The notes: a model not told the origin generated them from the letters alone. Numbered from the stretch's first letter, positions 12,892 through 24,800 are shown. The stretch: 36,228 nt of DNA from Octopus bimaculoides (GCF_001194135.2 NC_069001.1:29633509-29669736), one strand, 5' to 3'. Translations and numbers: made by a program.

Positions 12892-13399
12892 ATGTAGAGG
12901 TGCCCACAGATATGCATGTATATTTTTGTAATTTACCCCAATTATGTTTGTCGTAAAACCATATTTTCAGCTCTGATGGACGATCTATGAATATTTAATT
13001 AATTTACTAGCATTTTTTTAAAAATTTTATTTACAAAGTACCATGATTTTGTTGTCGATGAGGATAAAGCCGACGGTATGTTTCCCTCGTGACATATATT
13101 ATATCGATAACAAATTGAACCCTTTCATTGCAAACGAGATCATTACACTTATTGTTAGATAGATGTCCCGCAGACGTGGCGAAAATTCTTTTTTATTTAC
13201 TGAAAGTAAGCAGTATATGTATTTGCCGCTGTGATCTTCCAATGAATGGAAGTGATAAAGCGAATGATGTGAGTGTTCTTTGGAGACTAAAAATACGATA
13301 GCTGCAGTAATATCCACTTGGATATAAAAGCTATATTATATCTTAATACGCTTAGTTTTCTCTCCTTTGGTTTTCTCATTGGTTAACGCAATTTGCTTA

Positions 13400-13422
13400 T
13401 TTGTGTGTGTGTGCATACATAC

Positions 13423-13463
<41 letters not shown>

Positions 13464-13514
13464 TAACCCGATACAATTTATATATTATCGGTATGGATAT
13501 GCATTTTTATGTAC

Positions 13515-13550
<36 letters not shown>

Positions 13551-13649
13551 NNNNNNNNNNNNNNNNNNNNNNNNNNNNNNNNNNNNNNNNNNNNNNNNNN
13601 NNNNNNNNNNNNNNNNNNNNNNNNNNNNNNNNNNNNNNNNNNNNNNNNN

Positions 13650-13704
<55 letters not shown>

Positions 13705-13726
13705 CTGTGTGTGTGTGTGTGTGTGT
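13400..13726. repeat. (TG)n/(TA)n complex spanning gap 13551-13649
   Basis: Direct reading. Confidence 0.95.
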
Positions 13727-13734
13727 AGGAAGAA

Positions 13735-13915
13735 ATAAAAAGAAAAACAAAAGACGAAGACAGGTGGTGTAGACAACAAGCAGATGTATTAATTTAACGC
13801 TCGGGAAGTGAAGAAGTTTTTAACGTTTCGTGCCTACGCTCTTCCGCAGAAAGAAACACAGAAAGGAACAAGGAGAGAAAATAAAGAATCTGTAGTGGTT
13901 AGCGATCTATCATTG
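13735..13915 (-). mobile_element. Penelope-like (PLE) derived fragment carrying a degenerate hammerhead-like motif
   Basis: The minus strand reads TTT-CTGCGGA-A-GAGC-GTAG-GCAC-GAAAC-GTT-AAA, the layout of PLE-associated minimal hammerheads. The PLE assignment is an inference from this motif only. Confidence 0.45.
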
Positions 13916-13930
13916 TGAATATATTTATAA

Positions 13931-13967
<37 letters not shown>

Positions 13968-14894
13968 CATATTTATACACATACATATGTATATATATAT
14001 ATGTATATATGTATATGCCTGTATTCTTATATATGTATATATAATCATATATACATACATACATACATATATACAATGACAAATGTGCATATGAACAAAG
14101 AAAAAGTTATACAATAATTGAGAAATTCAGCCAAAATATCTTTTGTTTCTTTAACGACTACGACCAATATATGTGCTATTCTGGGGTAGAAGTGTTTATT
14201 TATCATAGCATTCCGTGGTGGTAAATCCTTAAAAGGACATTGCTAACGTCAAAATTTAACGCGAAACGCAAGCTAATGCTGCAAAAGTAGACAGCATTAT
14301 AAGATTGCTTCCACCTCGTGAGGACACTCAGCGTGAACTTTCTTTTCCTCACGCAAAGTTAATGTAATGCATGTTATTGTATACTCACAGTCACACGTCA
14401 TACACCACCTTTCTTATAGAATGTCACATATTAGTTCCAAGAACCAAGCTAAGGGAAAACTGTCATAAGTGCTCCAGCACATTCTTTATTTCTTTTTGCG
14501 GTGGGGATGATAAGCGCTTAGGCGAGATGTTTAAATATCTGAAGCTGATCAATTTGAAAAAAAAAAAAAAACCTGCATATGACTAAGTCCGAACGATATT
14601 GGAGTGACAGCATCATACTAGGTTGTGGGTAGTATATATACGCGGAAGAGAATATTAATCCATGTTGTCTTGCATATATAAACACAGTACATTTGGTGTG
14701 GTGCCTTCGGTGTCAGTGTTAATGCTAAGGTGTTAAACATAATTCTGTTCAAAGAAATATATAAGTCACATCATAGAGTAGATCCTTTGTTTTTTTTTAT
14801 CGTTTTCCATGTTTTAGTCATTAGACTTCGGCGATATGGGACGCCGCCTTGCAATTTCTATTCGAATGAAACGAACACCAGCACATATTCTTTC

Positions 14895-15135
14895 GCCGCA
14901 TCGCTAATTTACCCCGGTTGTCAAGTGATATTGGGAGAAACTACGTACACAAAGACATATATATTCATATATATGATATGCATGACTAGGTTTTTTACAG
15001 TTTCCGCCTTCCCAATTCAGTGACACGGCTTTCGTCAGTCCGAGACTATACTGGAAGACACCGTTCGAGATGCAACCCAGTGGGACTGAACACGGTATTG
15101 TGGGGTTGGGATGTATACTTCTTACAACTCTGCCA
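14895..15135 (-). mobile_element. SINE family 2, degenerate copy
   Basis: cggttgtcaagtgatattggg, acagtttccgccttcccaattc, gactatactggaagacac and cagtgggactgaac are collinear with 9120-9481. Confidence 0.7.
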
Positions 15136-15659
15136 CAATTGACATAAAGAAACGAAGTTGATGCGTTGGTCGGAACGCATCATTTTCGACGATAGTATTA
15201 TTTCGCTCAGGTAAAATAGCACAGCAACAAATCTACTTCCGAATTTGAATCGAGGCCGGAAGACGTTTTGGAATCATCAACAAACAAATCCTTAGTGAAA
15301 ACAATCCTAAATAAAGAATGTCATTTATAGAATTACTCTCTGTAGCAAGATTTTGTTATATATTTATTCATATTTCGTCATATTTTTTTTTTTATTTGTG
15401 TAAACTAAAGAATGTATATAATGTTTTTAGTTCATTTTTTTTCGTCCTAAGCCAACAAAGATTTAAACAGTATATTCGCCTTCCAATAATTTAAGAATAT
15501 TATCTGCTTAAAATCTGTTGTAATATTCCATAATAAGGGAGATTCTTTTCATGAAATATTAGAGCGAAGCGAATTAATTTCGTAAATCTACGTAAGATTC
15601 TATATTTTACGTATAGATAAACGCAAACATGTATACATACTGACAACAATGATGAAGAT

Positions 15660-15842
15660 ATGTATACATATATATTAATATAAATATGTATATATGTGTG
15701 TGTGTTTATATGTATGTATATATATATATATATATATATTTATATCTACATGTATTTGTGTACGTGCGTGTGTGTTTCTGTGTGTGTATACTTACATACT
15801 TATAATGAAGATGAATATATATGTATATCTATCTACACACAA

Positions 15843-15883
<41 letters not shown>

Positions 15884-15936
15884 CATACATACATACATAT
15901 ATCGGTATAATTGTATATATGAATGCATATATACAC

Positions 15937-15983
<47 letters not shown>

Positions 15984-16005
15984 TTTGTGTGTGGGTGCGT
16001 GTGTG
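15660..16005. repeat. (TA)n/(CA)n/(TG)n compound microsatellite
   Basis: Direct reading. Confidence 0.9.
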
Positions 16006-16583
16006 TTGATGAAAACGTAGCATAATCGCATTATTTTCACGTCAATATTATCTTCCTTATCTCGACTGTGGAAAGACAATTGTTGAAAAAACCAAACAAA
16101 TCAAAAGTTATAATAATAATAATGAAAGAAAAAAAATAGATCGCTTGATGCTGCAACATCTTCATTGAGACATTAATCAGTATATCTTAGACATCAGGAT
16201 TGCTTTTGCTCTTGATTAGATGACGAAAAATGTTGTTATAAACTATCTCGTATGCTTCAATAGAAACAACGTAGTATTTGAATGTGTCGTCTGCTTAGAC
16301 TCTCTTGATGCAAGACAGTATTACCATCATGTTATTCAAACGAGATAGAAAGGAAAGAAACTTGAGTTATATATGAACATGTATTTCCTCACACAAACTT
16401 CATCTACCTAAGTACAATTTCTTTTATGTAAGATTGTTCATATAACTTGCTAGAATGCCTCACAATGTGAAACACTTAATGAATCACGTCTTCTCCTACA
16501 AGGTAACGGTTTTGCGAGTAAATTACGAGTAAAATGCACCAGTTATGACTTCCTTCCTTATATTATCATTATTTTTAATAAAC

Positions 16584-16800
16584 TAAGCGGTGAGGTGGCA
16601 GAAACGTTAGTATGCCGGAGTAAATGCTTAGCGGCATTCCGTCTGTCTTTACCTTCTGGTTTCAAATTGCGCTTCGGTCAACTTTGCCTTTGATCCTTTC
16701 AGGGTCGAAAAATTAAGCGCGAATTGTGTACTGGGGTCGATCTAATCGACTGCCCCCTCCCCCAAATTATCGCGCCTTGTGCCTAGAGTATAAAATATTA
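16584..16800 (+). mobile_element. SINE family 1, near full-length (array unit 1)
   Basis: A-box-like tggcagaaacg, B-box-like ggtttcaaattgc, ctggggtcgatctaatcgactg, 3' ccttgtgcctagagtataaaatatt. Confidence 0.9.
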
Positions 16801-16816
16801 TAATTAATAAACTATT

Positions 16817-17035
16817 TAAGGTCACGAACAGGCAGAGTCGTATTATGCCGGACAAAATGCTTAGCGGCATTTCGCCCGTCTTTACGTTCTAAGTTCCAAT
16901 TCAGTCGGGCTTGACTTTGATTTTCATAATTTCCGGGTCCATAAAATAAGTACCAGTTAAACACGGATGTTAATGTAAACGACCATCCATCATACAAACA
17001 TTTCAGGCCTTGTGCCTATATTAGAAAGGATTATT
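16817..17035 (+). mobile_element. SINE family 1, near full-length (array unit 2)
   Basis: gccggacaaaatgcttagcggcatttcgcccgtctttacgttctaagttccaattc...aagtaccagtt...ggccttgtgcctatattagaaaggattatt. Confidence 0.9.
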
Positions 17036-17049
17036 AATAAAATATTACA

Positions 17050-17213
17050 GGTGTCTTGTCGGTCATTTCATTCTGAGTTCAAGTTCCGCCAAGGTCGACC
17101 CCATTTCTCATCATTTTGATGTCGATTTACATAAGTACCAGTTGAACACTGGAGTCGATGTAATCAACTTACTCGTCCGCTGGATGTGCTGACTTGGGTC
17201 AAAATTTAAAATT
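17050..17213 (+). mobile_element. SINE family 1, 5'-truncated (array unit 3)
   Basis: ttctgagttcaagttccgccaaggtcgac...ataagtaccagttgaacactggagtcgatgtaatcaactt. Confidence 0.85.
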
Positions 17214-17223
17214 TTCATCGATC

Positions 17224-17360
17224 AACGTGGCGAGGTCGAGCAATCGTTAATACAGGACAAAATGCTTGGCGACGTTGAAATTGAATATCCATTGAGGTCG
17301 ACTTTGCTTTCAACCTTGCAGGATTTAAGTATTATTCACTTCCTAACCCCATTCCCCCAA
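17224..17360 (+). mobile_element. SINE family 1, internally deleted (array unit 4)
   Basis: gtggcgagg...aatcgttaatacaggacaaaatgcttggcg...gaggtcgactttgcttt. Confidence 0.65.
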
Positions 17361-18864
17361 GCTACTTAACTATACGGATATAGGAGAGACGTGATCGAAA
17401 TTCCCTTATCTCATCAAGTGGCCAGTCTCTGTACATTAACTTGATAGCAATCTGAGCCATACGTTCCATACAAAATCAAATGATCTTTCGGAACCAAGGT
17501 CAACACCGAAAAAAAAGATTATAACGCTACTCAATGTTCCTCAAAGCTTCTAAAGATTGTACAAACGTGATACCGGTTATGCTTAATATGAGTAAGCCTT
17601 CATATACGCACCCTGCATTATCTGATTTATTTCGCCTGCATACATAAATATATAGATACACAGATTCATAGATACATACATACATACATACATAAATACA
17701 TACATATATAAATACATACAATGCATACATCTTCGCGTATATCTGGCATTTCATCCTGTGTTGCGCTTGTGTTAGCGGCCCAAAGATTCGTTATTTGGAC
17801 AGACTGTAACAGATTTTTCCTACACTATGTATATGTATGTATACACACGGGTAAAAATACACATGCACACACAGAGAAACGAACAGAGAGAGAGAGAGAG
17901 AGAGAGAGAAACGCGCACACACATACACACTCGCTTCTCTGTCGAGATTTTTGCAAGGAGAAAGTGCGCAGCAGATATACGTGGGATTTTGGCAGAATGA
18001 AATGTTACATGATTGCATCGTCTACTTGCTCAGCGAGTTTGCTTAAACGACATGGCTCTAAAGCATTTTTACAACTAGAAATATAAGCACCTCAAATGTT
18101 CGTAAAGATAATGTAATAGTGTTCATGTATAATTGAATATGACTGAAAAAGCGGTTGCTTTAATTACACTTCAGTAAATGATATTATTTTATCGATGCTT
18201 TAGATTACTGCAGAATATTTTTTCCGCATTATAAATTTTGCCGAATTCTCTACTAAACATCTTAGAGAAAGACGTATATTCATTTTTCCTAAATATGTTC
18301 TTCCAGTAGGATCTCTATATATGCACATACATATTTTCATACACACATACACGCGCGTACACTTATATATTTGTATGAGTGAGTGTGTGTTGTATGTTGT
18401 ATATGTGTGAGTATCTGTTCTATTTATATGTACATATATATCCATACATAGGTCTATATGTATACACACATTTTCGTATATCGCTATACGTCTGCGTGCA
18501 TGTTTTCTTTCGTGCATTGTAAATATATGTAGGTGTTTATATACATACATACACACACACACAATTACAAAAACACACACTCACAGACACACGCACATAC
18601 ACGCGCACATCTATATCATATTCAGCCCCTTACAGTGCTATGTGTACGTACATGTTTTTTCTGTATGCGTAAGCAAAAATAATTTTCCCTTTAAATGTTT
18701 CATTAATCTCCTAAATTTGAATTGTTTTTCTTTTTTGCTCATTTACTTGGTAATTCAATTTGGGATTAAATTAACCTTTTTCATTTATGATTACTATCTC
18801 TATATTCATCAATAAAAACAGTTGTGATCATAACTACTCTATAAGCCACTGAATACATCATTAT

Positions 18865-19012
18865 TGAATTCTGCTTTGGGCACAGAGCCAGTTGTGCTTG
18901 ACGATGTTCATTGTTGATTGAGATGAGCCCATTTTATTAACAGGTAATTATTTGATCGATTCGATAGGGATGGAAAGTTGAAATTACTGTCTGCAAAATA
19001 TGACCCCGAAAC
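18865..19012 (-). mobile_element. SINE family 1, highly degenerate antisense copy
   Basis: ctttgggcacagagccag...acaggtaattatttgatcgattcgatagggatggaaag resembles the reverse-complement body. Confidence 0.45.
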
Positions 19013-19366
19013 ATTAAAAAGATATAATATGAAAACATATATTAAATATTTATATATATTAAATATATTAGATATTTTATAATTATCGTGTCTCAGAACG
19101 AGTGTAAGGCGCCTTGAGACAAATAAAAAGAAAACTTGCAGTAATTTAATAGTCTTTGTACGCTGTATGTTCAATTATTTACCTCAACACCTAAACAGAC
19201 ACATGTACATAAATACATGCATACACATAAACATACATACGTATATACACATACTTATACACATAAATAGTTGTTTACAGAAATATACTTAATTGTGAAT
19301 AGATGTGACCAGAAATGTAATATTTGGGTCTATTCATTCATATATATGTATGTAAGTATGTGTGTG

Positions 19367-19408
<42 letters not shown>

Positions 19409-19473
19409 CATATGGTATTTTTATGTAAGCTTCAAGCACATGGCCATGATCGTGCAATGACTAAGGCATATAA

Positions 19474-19584
19474 TCTAATAAAGGAGCATGTAAGCCCTCG
19501 GCAGAAAAAAAGTATTTCTTATCCGCGTGGGAGTCGAACCCAAATTTCTTTATTAACTCGAGTAAATGTGTTACCTTTACACCA
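19474..19584 (-). mobile_element. tRNA-derived Pol III unit (SINE-like family 3), copy A
   Basis: Minus strand: A box TGGTGTAAAGG, D-arm-like GTGT/ACAC stem, consensus B box GGTTCGACTCC about 44 nt downstream within a TGGG/CCCA stem, then T7. The acceptor and anticodon stems do not pair. Confidence 0.7.
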
Positions 19585-19585
19585 C

Positions 19586-19617
19586 CCAATCAGCCGCCCC
19601 CTTCCTCTCATATTTAA
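19586..19617 (+). promoter_or_regulatory. Candidate Pol II promoter motif cluster (CCAAT, GC box, TATA-like)
   Basis: ccaat 19586-19590, ccgcccc 19594-19600 and tatttaa 19611-19617 occur in canonical order. There is no transcript evidence. Confidence 0.25.
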
Positions 19618-19804
19618 GAACCATAGTAGTTCGTGTTTGCTTTATGTAATGAAACGTTGTATATACTTTCGGCGCAATTGGTTTTATTTTATACGGCGCC
19701 GAGTTTACAATCCTATAAATAATAATAATGGTATTTAAGCTTAAAACTAATAGCTATCAGCGTACAATGTCTAAGGAAATTAGTGTAATAAGGGGAATAT
19801 AAGC

Positions 19805-19920
19805 TATGGTAAAGGTAACACACTTAGTCGCGTTAACAAAGGGATGCGAGTTCGACTTTCACGCGGATAGGAAACAATTCTTTTTTTTTCTGTTGAGTGC
19901 TTATATGCCCCTTTATTAGA
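19805..19920 (+). mobile_element. tRNA-derived Pol III unit (SINE-like family 3), copy B
   Basis: tatggtaaaggtaacacac...gagttcgactttcacgcggatagg followed by T9 (19881-19889); an inverted paralogue of 19474-19584. Confidence 0.7.
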
Positions 19921-21256
19921 CTATAAATAATCTATTTGCACCCAATGTATACACACACACACACACTCACAAATATATATATACTTCTAAATTAGAAGTT
20001 ATCAATTTTTACTGCATCAAAGATATGTTTTAATAAAACTGCCAATCCTAAGTTGGTTAAAGTAGTAGTTGATGTGTATACTGTTTTTATAAAAAAGTCA
20101 AAACTATGAACGGTCAGTGAATCAACGACATTGACTCTCATTGCCTTCTATCACCACCAGCTCATTGCTAAACAAGGAAGGACAATATCTCTGATTTTAC
20201 AACATATTGTGCCTTCTAATGCTTGCTAAATCAGCTGTAGATCACGTTATACGACACACCCATATCATTCCGATTTACCAACGGAACGTTGTCTCTAATA
20301 GTTACATACTGTCATTAAACGACAATCTACTTTGACGTCTACACTGTACCAAGTTTCTCTAGTTTTAACATTACCTGAATCATTATAAAGTAATCCTCGT
20401 ATTATGTACTAAATCAGTTTGCCATGTTTCATCTTTGTGTTCCGGAACGTGTTCAATCAATTTTCAAAGGAAAATGTTACATACATAAACATACATGTGT
20501 ATACATTGTGATATAGTTATATTCATGCAAAATAATTTGTTTATGTAAATGTAAATATTCTTTGAAGTATGAATACCGTATTTTTAATTTATATTTACTC
20601 CTAAAAATCATACTTCTCATTTTTTTTTGAAACATTGAAAAATTAATTATTTTAAATAAATTTAATCTTGGAACATTTATTTAAAAGCTTTGACATGTCG
20701 TTAAAATGAACTACAGTAAATCAGTATTATAGTTTATGCATATAGTCATGTTAATGTATTTTGCTTCTAGTTTTCTATATGTATGTGTATTTCATTGACT
20801 GTTGCTGTAAACTTTATATTGTCTAATAATACATAAAGTGAACGAATTACTTAAATGTATTATGGTATTATAATTATTATATATAAGTTGATTCATGTGC
20901 ATAGTAACGCATTAAAAATTGTTTGACGTTCAAGTACAGAATTTGAATAAAGTTTTAAGCTGATCAATATCAACTACATTCCAAGAGCTTCGTACTTAAA
21001 ATAAAAATATTTTGTAAAGAAAATGGAAGCATGATCTGTTGCTTAGTAGAGAGAAACAATAAACATATATGTATGAAAATATCTTACTATTTCAAATACG
21101 TACATTAACTCTATATTTCAGGGTAAAGAAGCGGAGTGTCAGAGAAGTTAAGCATTAAATAAAATTCCTGCCTTATCTAATCTCACACCGTTAATACTGA
21201 ACTCAATTCTCAAGATCAATTTGTTCCAAAACATTCCTTGGTTTATAGAAACTTAC

Positions 21257-21401
21257 CTCTGTAAGACGGTCGAGTGGCAGAATATGTAGAGCTCAGACGG
21301 AACTGCTTCTTTGTTTGTTTCCGTTATTTGTATTCTTTGCTTTGATAGTAGCCTTAAACTCTTAATCCATTAAAACCGGTGTATTCTGCTGTGTTGCCTT
21401 T
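21257..21401 (-). other. Candidate non-coding exon
   Basis: Acceptor tactttctgtttccgcAG (AG at 21403-21402) and consensus donor AG|GTAAGT (GT at 21256-21255). All three frames contain stops. Confidence 0.4.
21262..21308 (+). mobile_element. SINE family 1 head remnant
   Basis: taagacggtcgagtggcagaatatgtag...ggaactgctt resembles the family head taaggcggtgagttggcagaa (33202). Confidence 0.5.
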
Positions 21402-21450
21402 CTGCGGAAACAGAAAGTATACTGTTATGCAAGAATATTGTACTGATCAC

Positions 21451-21504
21451 TCACGTCAGTTCCTGAGGCCTTGGGAGATATTTATAGACACTTTTCTCTC
21501 CGCC
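21451..21504 (-). promoter_or_regulatory. Candidate minus-strand core promoter (GC box, TATA, CRE/UPRE-like)
   Basis: Minus strand: GGCGGAG (21504-21498), TATAAATA (21486-21479), TGACGTGA (21458-21451). Confidence 0.3.
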
Positions 21505-22164
21505 TATTTATCTGCTTCAAATCAAATAGAGTATCAGACCATTACTGCACTGAGACTGTGTTTTATTTAAGTCAGATAAATCAAATACAATGCCACCAGT
21601 GATGCCATTCGAACGTAAGACCAAAATACAATTCCTTGTTTTATACAGTCTGTTACGAACAGCGCTTTAGACGTTCTGCATATCAATCGCTTTTACTTAG
21701 TTTTCAATTTCTGTCACTGAACATAAAGCGGGGCAATTCGTTCGGAATATAATGCATATTAGATATTTCTGACTAAAAGCAAAATATGACATATAATTCC
21801 TATTCAAGTTGTATGACTTCAAGATATCAAATCTGTCGGAAGCTTTTGGATCATGACAGTTGGCGTTTATCGCAGCCTCATCACTCATGAATAACAGTTA
21901 CATTAGAATTTTTTTTAATGATTTTAGGTTTCTTATTAGGTACTTGAACTATTTCTATAGCATTATTTATATATTATTCAATATAGACCGTCTGGAAGTA
22001 AAGGTCTGCCGATAGAGTTCAAATCAATCGATATATACTGTAGCTGCAAATAGAATAGAAGAAATGTAAAAACATTTCTAATGTCCACGAGAAAATAAAT
22101 GATTCATTTCTAATATAACTGCAAGGCTTGCATTTTGTAGAATGTAATAGGCTTTTATTATTGA

Positions 22165-22307
22165 CTGGGACACAGCTATTTTTAGGTTCTGAGTTCAAGT
22201 GCAGCCGACATATGCTTTGCCTTTCATCCTTTTGTAGTCAATTAAATAAGTACCAGCCCACCTCCCGCAAATGTTCATGCCTTGTGTCTATAATAGACAT
22301 AATTATT
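22165..22307 (+). mobile_element. SINE family 1, truncated
   Basis: gttctgagttcaagtgcagccga...tttgcctttcatcctttt...aataagtaccagc...atgccttgtgtctataatag. Confidence 0.75.
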
Positions 22308-22489
22308 GACTGGGAAAATGTTGGTAATATTGGCAAGGTTTGAAATTAGAAGGCAAAGGATGGGAAACATGCCGGAATGCATTTTCTCGGTATTCTGCGT
22401 TTCTAGAAAAATTAGAAAGCATATTGTGATGTTCCTATTGTCAGTAAGTTAGCTACATCATAAGTTTAGTGGATGTCCTATGTTGTAAG

Positions 22490-22570
22490 TGTATTTTACC
22501 GACCAATACAGAATGGAAGTTAAAACAGCTGAAGATGAGATCTGAACTTAGATCGTAAGCAATCGGAATA
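22490..22570 (-). mobile_element. SINE family 1, degenerate antisense fragment
   Basis: tattttaccgacc...gaatggaag...tctgaacttagatcgtaag resembles the reverse complement of the B-box region. Confidence 0.4.
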
Positions 22571-22639
22571 TTGATATTTCTTTGACAATCCAAAGATTGA
22601 ACTAGTTCGCCGATTAATAAAACCTAATAATATTACTTG

Positions 22640-22820
22640 GCATTACTCGTGGCATTTCCTTAATCTTTATGTTCTGAGTTCAAATTCCGCCGAGGTCAAG
22701 TTTTGCCTTTTATCCTTTCGGGGTCGATAACTTATGTACCAGTTGAACACTTGGATGTGAGTTCGAGTCTCCACCTCCCCCGAAATTGGTAGCCTTGTGA
22801 CAGAATTTGGAATCAAGATT
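22640..22820 (+). mobile_element. SINE family 1
   Basis: gttctgagttcaaattccgccgaggtcaagttttgccttttatcctttcggggtcgataa...gtaccagttgaacac. Confidence 0.85.
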
Positions 22821-23274
22821 AATTTAAAAGCGACATTTGACGAACATAGAGATATTTAATAAACTAAATTAAGCCATCAGTATATCCGATATTACAGCTC
22901 AGACATTTAAGAGCTTGGTTTTGATTGCAAAAAAAAATTTTTTTTTAAATATGCGTATCGAACAACACATTTTCACAAATGTATTCGATCTCCTCAAGAA
23001 GAGAAAAAAAAAACAGATTCTAGAATTATACAGAGTTAATCGCAAATAGAAATGCAAACGTATTTAGTGATGTTTACTAAATATACAATTAGAAAATCTG
23101 CGTTTCTAAAGATGTCTATGGATAATGTGTTTTATAAATGTTATGGAAAGAAAATTAGAAAATTAATTGTCTGTACATTATAAAATATCTGTCATTATAA
23201 AAATGAAGTAATACAAATGTGAGGAAGATAATATATATGCATGTATACGGATCATCACTCACAGTGCACACACA

Positions 23275-23318
<44 letters not shown>

Positions 23319-23799
23319 ATACAGAAAATTTTTTTTATTCTCAAACGCGTTATAATGCTAATAAATAGCGTGATCAGGATGAATTATCCATACGTTGCAG
23401 AACAATACTTAACCGGCCAGCCATGAGACTTGAACTCACATTTTTATTATAACTTTCACTTAAATAAATTACGATGCAACGACTTTTTTCGAAAGCAGAA
23501 TACAAAACATAGCAATAGTTTTCAGAGTATAAAATATATTGAGTATTATTGAAAGATATTTATTGTCTGCGAATTATATGTATTTTTTATAAACGTATGG
23601 TAACTCAGCAATATAACATAGCGAATATTTTACGTACATTAATTTCAACACTTATACATAACAAAAATTCTAGTTTAAATTTATTCGAGTGTATCTATAT
23701 ATACGTATACATACACATAAAAAATAACAGTAATTTACATACATACAAACACACATGAGAATAACAATCACTTACATACAAACACGCAAAACACTCACA

Positions 23800-23816
23800 C
23801 ACATGTATATATATAC

Positions 23817-23863
<47 letters not shown>

Positions 23864-24058
23864 CAAATATCTATCTTATACCAGTGTATCTCTATACCAC
23901 TCTATCTCTCTACCTATATATCTATGTATCTATCTGTCTGTCTGTCTATCTATCAGTTTATCTGTCTATCTAATTATCTATGTATATATGTATCAATGTA
24001 TCTATCTATCTATCTATTCTATACATACACACCTGATGGACGTACTCTTATGCATGTA

Positions 24059-24100
<42 letters not shown>

Positions 24101-24800
24101 NNNNNNNNNNNNNNNNNNNNNNNNNNNNNNNNNNNNNNNNNNNNNNNNNNNNNNNNNNNNNNNNNNNNNNNNNNNNNNNNNNNNNNNNNNNNNNNNNNNN
24201 NNNNNNNNNNNNNNNNNNNNNNNNNNNNNNNNNNNNNNNNNNNNNNNNNNNNNNNNNNNNNNNNNNNNNNNNNNNNNNNNNNNNNNNNNNNNNNNNNNNN
24301 NNNNNNNNNNNNNNNNNNNNNNNNNNNNNNNNNNNNNNNNNNNNNNNNNNNNNNNNNNNNNNNNNNNNNNNNNNNNNNNNNNNNNNNNNNNNNNNNNNNN
24401 NNNNNNNNNNNNNNNNNNNNNNNNNNNNNNNNNNNNNNNNNNNNNNNNNNNNNNNNNNNNNNNNNNNNNNNNNNNNNNNNNNNNNNNNNNNNNNNNNNNN
24501 NNNNNNNNNNNNNNNNNNNNNNNNNNNNNNNNNNNNNNNNNNNNNNNNNNNNNNNNNNNNNNNNNNNNNNNNNNNNNNNNNNNNNNNNNNNNNNNNNNNN
24601 NNNNNNNNNNNNNNNNNNNNNNNNNNNNNNNNNNNNNNNNNNNNNNNNNNNNNNNNNNNNNNNNNNNNNNNNNNNNNNNNNNNNNNNNNNNNNNNNNNNN
24701 NNNNNNNNNNNNNNNNATATATATATATATATATATATATATACTCACACGCATATATACACACAGATAGATGGACAGTCATGTGCATATATATGTACAT
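23800..24800. repeat. (TG)n, (TATC)n and (TA)n complex spanning gap 24101-24718
   Basis: Degenerate (TATC/TGTC)n at about 23880-24020; (TA)n on both sides of the gap. Confidence 0.9.

Noticed and set aside
19474-19920. Two functional tRNA genes
   Set aside because: A/B boxes and parts of the D and T arms are present, but acceptor and anticodon stems do not pair.
20500-20970. 3'-UTR-like AU-rich region with AATAAA at 20947
   Set aside because: No upstream coding exon was found, and AATAAA is frequent at this base composition.
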